Assembly (NCBI GenBank): GCA_964583975.1
Contig: CAZOXU010000002.1
Location: 155,709 to 219,708 of the forward strand
Origin: an uncultured Planctomycetales bacterium
Lineage (GTDB): Bacteria; Omnitrophota; Gorgyraeia; Zapsychrales; Fredricksoniimonadaceae
Direction of reading: 5' to 3'
Length of the DNA stretch: 64,000 bases
The notes under the pieces are model-generated. The model had not been told where the DNA came from, did not search any database, and worked only from the letters and a program-made list of their open reading frames with translations. The translations under genes and the position numbers were made by a program. Shown here one piece after another: positions 53,253 to 62,127 of this stretch; position 1 is the stretch's first letter; the number at the start of each line of letters is the position of its first letter.

Positions 53253-53834
53253 TTAATCACTTAAAAAACCACGCTGCTCTTTGCGGGCTTCTTGATATGC
53301 TTTTCTTAACAAATCTTCATACTTAACATTCGGAGGACGGATTCTTAAACGAACAAATCCTTGACGCAGCAGTTCAACATTAGCCATAAGACCATCAGGC
53401 AAGTATACATAAGCTACTTTTTTGCCATTTTCATCCCTAGAATCTAAATCAAACTCAAGCCGAATCTTCTTACCCTCCATCAAATTCTGAGCATAAGCAA
53501 TTGCTTGTTCTTGCAAAGAAATCGTTGGTTCGACTTTTTCTTCTATAGGGCGCCCCTTACTATCGAATTTGACAATACGTCGAGGTGGCGGACCAAAAGA
53601 GTCAATACCAAGCAATTTAATTCTTTGCCCATTTTCCAAAACAATGGTATCGCTCGCTATAACCTTCAAAACCAGAGCTTCTTCTTGTTTAGTATGCGAA
53701 CCAAATAATTCCGCATCTTCATGGGCAGCAAAAACCAACTCAGTATGCCAAGCACAAAAGACAAAACAAATACAAACCAACCAATCTTTGATTATTTTAT
53801 AATGAGGTGATCTTAAGAACATAGTTCGGTCCAA
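53253..53834 (-). CDS. exported staphylococcal-nuclease (SNase/thermonuclease)-like OB-fold protein
   Basis: Signal peptide. VIASDTIVLENGQRIKLLGID ... KKVAYVYLPDGLMANVELLRQG resembles the SNase fold. Confidence 0.6.
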   Translation of the reverse strand: MDRTMFLRSPHYKIIKDWLVCICFVFCAWHTELVFAAHEDAELFGSHTKQEEALVLKVIASDTIVLENGQRIKLLGIDSFGPPPRRIVKFDSKGRPIEEKVEPTISLQEQAIAYAQNLMEGKKIRLEFDLDSRDENGKKVAYVYLPDGLMANVELLRQGFVRLRIRPPNVKYEDLLRKAYQEARKEQRGFLSD

Positions 53835-55434
53835 CTATTTTTACGATATCTATCTGAATTTTCTCGAAATTCTTACTCTTCAGACTTTCATAATGTTTCT
53901 TTCTTAATACAGCAAATGTGGTGGATTGATTCTTTAAAAACTCCAAAAGCTTTTCTGGCGTATTTAAAATAGGTATGGGGTGCGGGCTGAAATAATTCTC
54001 ACCACCTAGATTTAAAACAGCCACCTCTTGCCCTGTGTAATAACTAATGCCTCTGGCATAGGGTTTACTGACTAAAATAGTAGTCTTTTGTAAACTTGTA
54101 GGCAAATAAGCCGAAACTTCCATCATAGAAACATGAGGTTCTATATCAGCCGTAATCATAAATGCCGTTAAAAATATTGGCATTAAACAAAATCCCATCA
54201 AGATGATCCCCTCTCTGACTCTTTCTTTAAACATCAAGGTTAAACTAATACCACCTATGGTCAACAATCCAGCAGACAAAAAATAAGCTGGTAATTTAGA
54301 TGGAACATAAGTTTGGTAGTAAGGATAGGCTAACAAAGAGACAACCCCAAGAATCGTTATAAAACCTATGACAACATAACTCAATCTCTTAAGGATTCGG
54401 TGCCGAAACTCCTCTAGCCTCTCATCAACATAATTAGCTACGATAAGAGCCAGGGCTGGGAACATCGGCAAAATATAGCTAGCCAACTTAGAATGGGCAA
54501 CTTGAAAAACGATAAAAACAACCAAAACCCAACTCAACAAGAAATATTCAAAAGGCTTAAGGGAAAACTTTAATCGCTTGTAAAAATCACTAAAAGCAGC
54601 CAGCACAAATAAACTCCAAGGAAAAAGCCCTGCCACCATAGTTAAAGGATAGAAAAACCAATGATCATTGCCTTTATGTTCGGCTTCCATGAGTCGACGC
54701 CAATGGTCGTTATAAAAAAATTCTTTTATAAAATCTTGTCCATATTTTAATATTTCATACCAATACCAAGGAAGCGCAATCAGCCCCCAAATGACAAAAC
54801 CTATCAATACCCAAATATTATTAAGAAACGATATTTGACGTCGATAGGCCAAGAAAAGAAGCACCGTCAACATTGGGATCGCAAGCCCTAAAGGCCCTTT
54901 AGTCAAGGTTGCAAAGGCAGCAAAAACGTAAAAAAATAAAATTCCAAACCGTTTTGAATTCGAATGCACATATCCCGAATAAAAAGATAAAAGTGAAAAA
55001 AGGATAAAGACACTAAAAATCATGTCCGTAAATACGGTCTTGGCCATTCCTAAATAAAATGCTGACGTACAAAGTACTAGGGCTGCTAAAAAGGCTCGTT
55101 TCTCATTAATAAACCCTAGTAGCCCCAGAGAATAAACCCCTAATACACCAAAGGTCGCAAATAAAGCAGGAAAAAACCGGGCTGCAAAAGCATTTTGACC
55201 AAAAATAATAAAGCCAATTTCTATAAACCAGTATGTTGCAATAGGCTTCTCAAACTGCGGCTGATCAAAAATGTATGGAGTTAACCATTCATTTCGATTA
55301 AGCATTTCTTTAGCTGTCAGGGAATAAAAAACTTCATCCGGATCTGTTAAACTCAATAGATTATTCCCAAAAAAGAAAAGGACAATGGAAAGTAACAATA
55401 AGGTGGCAAAACGTCTGAGGATATATTGATTCAT
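53797..55434 (-). CDS. GT39/ArnT-like polyprenol-phosphate-dependent glycosyltransferase (PMT_2 family)
   Basis: 545 aa polytopic membrane protein. N-terminal DPDEVFYSLTAKEM loop motif (the DE motif of GT-C enzymes). Followed by a large periplasmic C-terminal domain. Confidence 0.7.
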   Translation of the reverse strand: MNQYILRRFATLLLLSIVLFFFGNNLLSLTDPDEVFYSLTAKEMLNRNEWLTPYIFDQPQFEKPIATYWFIEIGFIIFGQNAFAARFFPALFATFGVLGVYSLGLLGFINEKRAFLAALVLCTSAFYLGMAKTVFTDMIFSVFILFSLLSFYSGYVHSNSKRFGILFFYVFAAFATLTKGPLGLAIPMLTVLLFLAYRRQISFLNNIWVLIGFVIWGLIALPWYWYEILKYGQDFIKEFFYNDHWRRLMEAEHKGNDHWFFYPLTMVAGLFPWSLFVLAAFSDFYKRLKFSLKPFEYFLLSWVLVVFIVFQVAHSKLASYILPMFPALALIVANYVDERLEEFRHRILKRLSYVVIGFITILGVVSLLAYPYYQTYVPSKLPAYFLSAGLLTIGGISLTLMFKERVREGIILMGFCLMPIFLTAFMITADIEPHVSMMEVSAYLPTSLQKTTILVSKPYARGISYYTGQEVAVLNLGGENYFSPHPIPILNTPEKLLEFLKNQSTTFAVLRKKHYESLKSKNFEKIQIDIVKIVGPNYVLKITSL

Positions 55435-55494
55435 AAAGAGGATATTCTACAAGAAAGCCACTAGAGTGCAAAGTAAAATCAAGCTAAGAATATT

Positions 55495-56181
55495 TCAAAT
55501 TTGAAAATAGAGTTTAAGCATAAAAATCAAATGACGAAAGCCATCGCGCCAGGTTCTGATATGTGCCTTTCTTTCTTGGGGAGGAACATATAAGGTACAA
55601 GGAATTTCAACGATTTTAAGCTTCAAAATTCCTGCTTTTGCGATCAATTCTGAGGCAAACTCCATTCCTGTAGCCGTACATTGCATTTGATCGTAAGCTT
55701 TTTTAGTAAAACAACGCATGCCACAGTTCACATCGCCAACTTTAACCCTAAACAATTGGCTACAGATCCAAGATAAGACAGGAGTTCCTAGATAACGATG
55801 AAGAAATGGCATATTATGAGCGATTCGCTCACCTTGAAAACGATTACCTACGACAAAGTCGTACCCTTCTTGCAATTTTGCAATAAAGGGTCCCATTTGA
55901 CCTAAATCATAGCTTGTATCTGCATCGGCAAAAATAATCCAATCTCCCTGAGCGGATGCTATTCCCCCTCGAATAGCACTGCCATAGCCTTTAGGCTCTA
56001 TGTGTACCACCCTTACCCCTGCTTGCTTAGCAATTTTAACAGTTTCATCGTGTGATCCATTGTCAGCCACAATAATCTCGCCTTGAATCTTTAGGTTTCG
56101 CAAACCTTCTTGCGCCCTTGATATAACAGTAGCTATGGTTAGTTTTTCATTTAAAGCAGGAATAATAACAGAAAGGAACAT
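55495..56181 (-). CDS. GT2 polyprenol-phosphate glycosyltransferase (ArnC/GtrB/DPM1-like)
   Basis: SVIIPALNE ... ADNGSHDET ... FADADTSY motifs (DXD). 228 aa. Confidence 0.8.
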   Translation of the reverse strand: MFLSVIIPALNEKLTIATVISRAQEGLRNLKIQGEIIVADNGSHDETVKIAKQAGVRVVHIEPKGYGSAIRGGIASAQGDWIIFADADTSYDLGQMGPFIAKLQEGYDFVVGNRFQGERIAHNMPFLHRYLGTPVLSWICSQLFRVKVGDVNCGMRCFTKKAYDQMQCTATGMEFASELIAKAGILKLKIVEIPCTLYVPPQERKAHIRTWRDGFRHLIFMLKLYFQI

Positions 56182-56211
56182 TACCTCAGCAGCTCCACCA
56201 AACGAAGAAAT

Positions 56212-56287
56212 TGGTGGCGGGGAGAGGATTTAAACCTCCGACCTGTCGGGTATGAACCGAATGCTCTATCAGCTGAGCTACCCCGCC
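56212..56287 (-). tRNA. tRNA with CAT anticodon (elongator Met or lysidine-modified Ile2), CCA encoded
   Basis: GGCGGGG acceptor, anticodon arm TTCGG-TTCATAC-CCGAC. G1-C72 pair, so not an initiator. Unusual T-loop TTTAAAT. Confidence 0.7.
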
Positions 56288-56370
56288 ATAAATCACGAAG
56301 AAGTTAGAAATTATATTCGAGAAGAATGCAATATTCAAGCGATTTTCTAAAAGCCCTTTTTAGCTTAAAA

Positions 56371-57753
56371 TTATTTTGAACCGTTAGATTCTTTCAACAT
56401 CTTTTGTCGATCCAAACCTATTTTAAGCATGGCTGCGGCAGGATTTTCCGTGTAGTAACGACAAAACGTAGAGACTTCTTTGATCGTATGGATTTTTCGC
56501 TCATGCAAATTCTTAAGCACATTAGCGCGCATCCATGTTTCCATCATGATATCTCTGGGTGTTTGGCCAATTTCAGCTGCTAAACGATCGCGATAAATGG
56601 TACTTGGCGAATTCGCTATCACTCTTTTTTGCTCATAATTATATTTAAAAATTGGAGACAATAAAACCTTAGCATTCTCCATACCGCTTGTCTCTGAGAC
56701 TTCATCAACCACTCTGAAGATCTTTCCATCAATATGGTAGCGTTTTAAAATAACAAACACATCAATCAGATTAATTAGCATATCAGGCACATTCATGGGT
56801 TCATTGCCTAAACGGATGATCGCTTCCCTAGCGCTTAAAGCATGTATGGTCCCCATACAATATTTACCAATATTCACCGCTGTCATCATATCGCGCGCTT
56901 CTTCCCCACGAACTTCCCCTACAATCACTCTTTCAGGACGCATACGCAAACTATTTTTAACCAAATCAGACAGGCTCAAACTTTCATCAGTTTCAAGGCG
57001 TGAAGTGCTATCATCAAGAAAAGTATTTAATTCAAGGGTATCTTCAATAACAACCAAACGGTCCTTGGCGGGAATAAATCCTAACAAAGCATTCAGCAGG
57101 GTTGTCTTACCTGTTCCTGGACCGCCAGCAATGATTAGGTTTGCCGGCCGGATAGATAAACCTTCCATATATAACCACAGCTGGGCTGCCACCTCATAGC
57201 TCATACTGCCGCCTTGAATTAAATCTATAATACTTAACGGATCAACCTTGGCCTTGGTAATGGTCAATTGAGGACCTAAAGGAGTATCTATGATATTGAC
57301 TCGACCAGTCAAATTGGGAAGCTCAATATTGATGATTTTGTCATAACTACGACGGCCTGAGAATACAATTAATTTGTGAATAAAATTATCTAGCTCTTGT
57401 CGCGAGGTGAATTGTTTATTCGTACAAATAAATCCTTTTTGGGAATGATGAACATAAATGGGCTTGAGCGAATTAATAATAATGTCTTCGATTTCATAAT
57501 CGCACAGCAGCTCTTCAACCACTCCGTAGGAAAGGAAATTTTCAACAAAACGTGATTTATCTAATTCAGCCGAAGAATGTTCCTTTAAAACTTCTTCCAA
57601 AGCACCCATAACCAGAGCTCGCCTGTCAGGATCAGGCAAAAGCAAGGTCATACAACCTCTTAATTTATCTAATACCAATCTTTCTAATTCTAAGTTTTTT
57701 GTCCGCTGCATGATCTTATTATAGCTAATTATTCTTAGGCCGCCATTGATCAA
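56371..57753 (-). CDS. TadA/CpaF/VirB11-superfamily secretion ATPase
   Basis: Walker A IIAGGPGTGKTTLLNALLGFIP, Asp box RLVVIEDTLEL, Walker B/His box RMRPERVIVGEVRGEEA. ~180-aa N-terminal domain. Alternative start MQRTKNLE at 57711. Confidence 0.75.
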   Translation of the reverse strand: MINGGLRIISYNKIMQRTKNLELERLVLDKLRGCMTLLLPDPDRRALVMGALEEVLKEHSSAELDKSRFVENFLSYGVVEELLCDYEIEDIIINSLKPIYVHHSQKGFICTNKQFTSRQELDNFIHKLIVFSGRRSYDKIINIELPNLTGRVNIIDTPLGPQLTITKAKVDPLSIIDLIQGGSMSYEVAAQLWLYMEGLSIRPANLIIAGGPGTGKTTLLNALLGFIPAKDRLVVIEDTLELNTFLDDSTSRLETDESLSLSDLVKNSLRMRPERVIVGEVRGEEARDMMTAVNIGKYCMGTIHALSAREAIIRLGNEPMNVPDMLINLIDVFVILKRYHIDGKIFRVVDEVSETSGMENAKVLLSPIFKYNYEQKRVIANSPSTIYRDRLAAEIGQTPRDIMMETWMRANVLKNLHERKIHTIKEVSTFCRYYTENPAAAMLKIGLDRQKMLKESNGSK

Positions 57754-58264
57754 CGATTTTCTTTATATCTGTGGAAGAATTCCTGGCAATCTGCCCACAG
57801 ATAAAAATTAGTAAAGAAAATGGCCAAACATCCTCTGGAGCAACCAACAAACCTGCTGAAGTGTTTTCCTGTTCTTGTAAATGGCTACCATAGTACTTGA
57901 TGGCTTCATCTAATTTACCTTCAAACACATCCAAAGATGATGTTTTATTATTATATTTCAAAGAAGGCAAACCTACCCCTCTAACTAATAAGAAATTAAT
58001 CATGGAGTCACTGTCTAAATCTAGATGACCATCTGTTTGAAAACCTTTAAATTGAGGAATATTGGGAGGCAAAATCAATGAGGGTTTCTGAACCAACACC
58101 TCACCTTTTCTAACTACGGTATCACCCTCATTAATAGATGAGACTGACAAAAGAATATAAGGAACATGCGTATCAGCAAAAGTCTGTAAAGACATGATGC
58201 GGCTACGAATAATTTGGGTTTCTTTCAAAGCTTTATCAAAAGCTTCTTGAATATCCATAGGCAT
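57725..58264 (-). CDS. hypothetical protein (179 aa) immediately upstream of the secretion ATPase
   Basis: Clean ORF, no recognised motifs. Probably co-transcribed with the ATPase. Confidence 0.4.
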   Translation of the reverse strand: MPMDIQEAFDKALKETQIIRSRIMSLQTFADTHVPYILLSVSSINEGDTVVRKGEVLVQKPSLILPPNIPQFKGFQTDGHLDLDSDSMINFLLVRGVGLPSLKYNNKTSSLDVFEGKLDEAIKYYGSHLQEQENTSAGLLVAPEDVWPFSLLIFICGQIARNSSTDIKKIVDQWRPKNN

Positions 58265-58271
58265 AAAAAAA

Positions 58272-58358
58272 CGGAGAGGCAGAGATTCGAACTCTGGAAG
58301 GGCCTAAACCCTCAACGGTTTTCAAGACCGCCGCTTTCAACCACTCAGCCACCTCTCC
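58272..58358 (-). tRNA. tRNA-Ser (anticodon TGA), long variable arm
   Basis: GGAGAGGTGGCTGAGTGGTTGAAAGC 5' half (Ser-type D-arm). Anticodon arm GCGGT-CTTGAAA-ACCGT. 87 nt, no encoded CCA. Confidence 0.8.
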
Positions 58359-58377
58359 AAAATTGCTTTGTAAGGCG

Positions 58378-59022
58378 TTAATTATACACATCTTCCCTTT
58401 TTAAGGGAATGAAATTTGACCAAAACATTATTTGAGCCACATCTTTAAGTTGAAGGATTTTACATATCTTTTCAAGCCTCACACCCTGACTAAATAAATC
58501 TTTAGCCCTCTCTAAACGTCGCCCTCCTCTGATTACACGTGGCGGCAACATTAACAAAACAATATGCAAAGTCGGATTATCATTTATAAAGCCTATTTTA
58601 ATGCCATATTCTAGTACTTCTCTAAGCAATACAATACTCAAATTAACAACTTTTGGCTTAACGTCTTTAACCAATTCAGCTTTATATCCTTCAATAACAG
58701 CTGGTGTCACTTCAGATAATTTCTTAACCTGAGGATATACTCTAAGCAAGAAATTAGAAAAATGTTGGCAAGTTAATGCGAAGCGCTTGAGACTTTTAGG
58801 TGAAAACTCTCCCTTTGCGTACTCTAGAAATTGCTGAAAAAAGACTCTTACTTCTATTTCACGAACAACTGTTAAAGCTTCTCCCTTAGAAATCTTGGCT
58901 TCAATCTCTTGGAGCATTTTATGCGCTTGTTGTTCATCGCTACCTGCCAACTGAGAATACATTAGGCCACGTGCAAAGAATTCAATGTAATAAACATCAT
59001 CTATTTTACGTATTTGTCCCAT
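58378..59022 (-). pseudogene. truncated tyrosine integrase (arm-binding and SAM-like core-binding domains only; catalytic domain missing)
   Basis: 214 aa. N-terminus IRKIDDVYYIEFFARG (arm-type DNA-binding), then a SAM-like core-binding region (FFQQFLEYAKGEFSPKSLKRFALTCQHFSNFL...VTPAVIEGYKAEL). No RHRY catalytic domain. Sits 20 nt from tRNA-Ser. Confidence 0.55.
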
Positions 59023-59107
59023 AACTTTTACCTTTAAAAGTTGGTTATTATATCAAAATAGAAATAAAATAGTCTAGAAAACTGCTCGCCATGGGATATT
59101 ATTAATC

Positions 59108-60538
59108 ATGCTTTTTAACTCATTTGAATTCCTGGTATTTTTTGTCCTGGTTTACGGACTTTATCTGTGCCTTAAACACCGAGCTCAAAATTGGCTTTTA
59201 ATCATTGCTAGTTGCCTCTTTTATGCCGCCTGGAGCTGGAAATTCCTTTTTTTGATGTTCGCTTCTATAAGCACGGATTTTTGGTGTAGTCATTGGATTG
59301 CCCGCACCCAGGATGTTCGAAGAAGACGCCTCTACTTAGGCATAAGTATCGGTGTTAATTTAGGCATCCTCGGATTCTTTAAATACTTTAATTTCTTTAT
59401 TAGCAATTTCCAAGACCTTCTTTTGGGGATGGGATTCCTATCTTCTTCAACCCGCTGGATGATTGATATTATTCTTCCTTTAGGCATTTCATTTTATACG
59501 TTTGAAGCAATTTCCTATGTGGTGGATGTGTACAAAAGAAAAGTTAAGCCTGCCGATAATTATTGGGATTATGTGCTTTTTGTGATCTATTTCCCCCATT
59601 TAATTGCTGGACCCATTATGCGGGCTAAGAATTTTATTCCTCAGGTGGCCCTTCCTAGAAAAATTACTCTAACTGGATTCTATGAAGGATGTTTTCTCTT
59701 TTTCTGGGGACTGTTTGAGAAAATATTTATTGCAGATAATTTAGCCAAATTTGTAGATCCTATTTTTGCTGCTAACGCTCCTTACAATGGAGAAAAAGTC
59801 CTTTTGGCCCTTTATGCATTTGCTTTTCAAATCCTTTGTGATTTTGATGGGTATTCCAACATGGCCCGTGGTATGGGCAAATGCATGGGCTTTGATATAG
59901 CTGTTAACTTTAGGCAACCTTATTTTTCGACAAATCCACGGGAATTTTGGCAAAGATGGCATATCACTCTTTCTTCATGGCTAAGAGATTATGTGTACAT
60001 CCCTTTAGGAGGAAATCGTCAAAATACAATCCGAACCTATCTCAATCTCTTTTTGACCATGCTCATAGGAGGCTTGTGGCATGGAGCTTCTTGGACATTT
60101 GTTCTTTGGGGCGCCTACCAAGGAACCCTATTGGTAATACATAGACTTTTAGAACCCTTTCTACAACGATCCCGACCAACCCTTCCCTTACTGGTTGAAA
60201 AGGCTTGGAAAGCAGTCAAAATCCTTTTCTTTTTTCAATTCATTTGTTTAGGTTGGCTACTGTTTCGTTGCACTTCTCTACGACAAGCCAGCGAAATGTT
60301 GGCAGCCATTGGTCATTTTTTAAGTTTTCCTACATGGACACCCGTAGACTTCTGGCTTCCTGCTCTGGGAATTTTCCTCGCTATGTTTGTGGGATTCTTT
60401 CAATACAAAACCGACAATCCAACAGCTCTTTTGCAATGGCCATGGTGGCTAAGAACAATATTCTATATTACATGCTATTTTCTAATTATTTTCTTGGGGT
60501 GCGAAGGTGGAAAAGAATTCATTTATTTCCAATTTTAA
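59108..60538 (+). CDS. MBOAT-family membrane O-acyltransferase (AlgI/DltB/PatA-like)
   Basis: 476 aa. [12 protein letters not shown] N-terminus and the conserved His region ([22 protein letters not shown]) typical of AlgI/DltB. Confidence 0.85.
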   Translation: [476 protein letters not shown]

Positions 60539-61520
60539 AAAGATACCTTTAGCAGCGACAGCTGCACTATTGTTCGTATTGCTGTTTGAAGCTTTTAATG
60601 TGGCTTTTGACCGCCGCATGGATGAATTTCCTTATGATGGCCTCTTTATTACAATCAAAAATAAAATCTCCCAGACAAAAGATACAAATTTTGATGTGTT
60701 GATCATGGGAGACTGCTTTAATCTAGAAGGTGTTAATGCCCGACTCATTGAAAATGCTACTGGTCTTAAAACATTTAATTATGCTACCTTCTCCAATCAT
60801 ACCGTTGTCTCATCCTATCTTCTTCTCAAGAACCATTTACAGCACAATAGTAAAAAACCTCGCTACATTGTCATGAATTTTATCCCTGAACCAACAGCCA
60901 TATCAGAGAAGAATTTCTATCAAAAACATTTGCCATTTATGTTTCATATGAAAGATGGAAACTTTATTTCTTTTACCAATGAGCTAGGGTTTAATAAAGC
61001 CGTTCAATTACAAATTCCTTCCTTAAAGAATAGGGATTTCTTTCTTAAAGGAAGATTTACAAAGGGTTTGGCTACGAGTCAAGAAATTAAAGATTTTGAA
61101 AATAATCTAATAGTGAACCGAGGACAATATACTCGCCATCAAACAGAAAGCTATCTTAACTGCCTGCCTCCTACCAGCCTTGTTTTTAATTATCAACCAA
61201 GCCTGTTTTTTTTAAAGTACTTACATAAAATCTTGGATTTAGCCAAGGCCAACAATATCATTGTCTTGTTTCCAATGTTTAGCGCACCTGAGGATATGTA
61301 TAACAATCTCTATGCCACCTCCCATATCCCAGAAATATACTTTAATCTCTTGGTTGAACTTAAGAAACAATACCCCAATCTTGTGTTCTGGGGATGGCAG
61401 GACGACTTTTCAGATCGTGGATTATATCGGGATTGTATTCATTTGAATCAGAAAGGGTCTACGATGATGAGTCAAAAACTTGCTGATATTATTCTAACTA
61501 TTAATAACAAAACGCATTAA
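60507..61520 (+). CDS. membrane-anchored partner of MBOAT (AlgJ/DltD/PatB-like SGNH-type), with GDC in place of GDS
   Basis: 337 aa with an N-terminal TM anchor. Block I VLIMGDCFN (Cys where SGNH enzymes have the Ser nucleophile). C-terminal DCIHLN (DxxH block V). Overlaps the MBOAT gene by 32 nt. Confidence 0.55.
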   Translation: MEKNSFISNFKKIPLAATAALLFVLLFEAFNVAFDRRMDEFPYDGLFITIKNKISQTKDTNFDVLIMGDCFNLEGVNARLIENATGLKTFNYATFSNHTVVSSYLLLKNHLQHNSKKPRYIVMNFIPEPTAISEKNFYQKHLPFMFHMKDGNFISFTNELGFNKAVQLQIPSLKNRDFFLKGRFTKGLATSQEIKDFENNLIVNRGQYTRHQTESYLNCLPPTSLVFNYQPSLFFLKYLHKILDLAKANNIIVLFPMFSAPEDMYNNLYATSHIPEIYFNLLVELKKQYPNLVFWGWQDDFSDRGLYRDCIHLNQKGSTMMSQKLADIILTINNKTH

Positions 61521-61599
61521 TGGCGCTCTGCTTCGCTAAAGCTTCGCAGAACCTGTTCCTACGAAGCTCAAATGTAAAAAACATTTGAGCGAAGTAGAA

Positions 61600-61688
61600 C
61601 GGAGAGGGTGAGATTTGAACTCACGGTCCGACTTACGCCGGACAACGGTTTTCGAGACCGCCCTATTCAACCACTCTAGCACCTCTCC
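61600..61688 (-). tRNA. tRNA-Ser (anticodon CGA), long variable arm
   Basis: GGAGAGGTGCTAGAGTGGTTGAATAGGGC 5' half. Anticodon arm GCGGT-CTCGAAA-ACCGT. 89 nt, no encoded CCA. Confidence 0.8.
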
Positions 61689-61722
61689 AAAAAACGAATG
61701 TTTTTTGGATTCCGAGCCTAAC

Positions 61723-61998
61723 TTAAGGCGAGGAATCAAATCTATTAATTTGCACTAAGCTTAAGGATAACTTTTTCTCTCTAGAAAATCTCTTTACTTC
61801 CTTCTCCCGTTTACGTGCTTCATTATAACTACCACAAATCTCTTGATACATCAGCTGCACTGGTCCTCTAAACTTTGTATATCTGCACGCACGTCCTTTA
61901 TTATGCAAACCTACTCGTTTATCTACATCTACAGCTATACCCACATATAAATCACCTGTTCGGCATTCAATGATATAAAGTGACCATTGTTCTTCCAT
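61723..61998 (-). CDS. small GIY-YIG nuclease family protein (YhbQ/UPF0213-like)
   Basis: WSLYIIECRTGDLYVGIAVDVDKRVGLHNKG ... YNEARKREKEVKRFSREKK fits the GIY-YIG core. Start placed at MEEQW (61998). The ORF-track extension to 62070 runs into a GC-rich repeat. Confidence 0.65.
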   Translation of the reverse strand: MEEQWSLYIIECRTGDLYVGIAVDVDKRVGLHNKGRACRYTKFRGPVQLMYQEICGSYNEARKREKEVKRFSREKKLSLSLVQINRFDSSP

Positions 61999-62127
61999 AA
62001 CAGATTTCTCACCAGTTAGATCTCTCGCTTCGCTCGAGACCTTCGCGCCTTCGGCGCTCGGCTCTGCCACCTCTCCAATCCGCCTAAGGCGGATTGGATC
62101 CCGAGCTCAACCTAAAGCGAGGGATCC

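Noticed and set aside
56212-56287. Initiator tRNA-fMet call for the CAT tRNA
   Set aside because: Has a paired G1-C72 and lacks the three consecutive G-C pairs in the anticodon stem. Elongator Met or tRNA-Ile2 is more likely.
61536-61739. 67-aa minus-strand ORF
   Set aside because: Overlaps the tRNA-Ser(CGA) gene and repeat copy A. Artefact.
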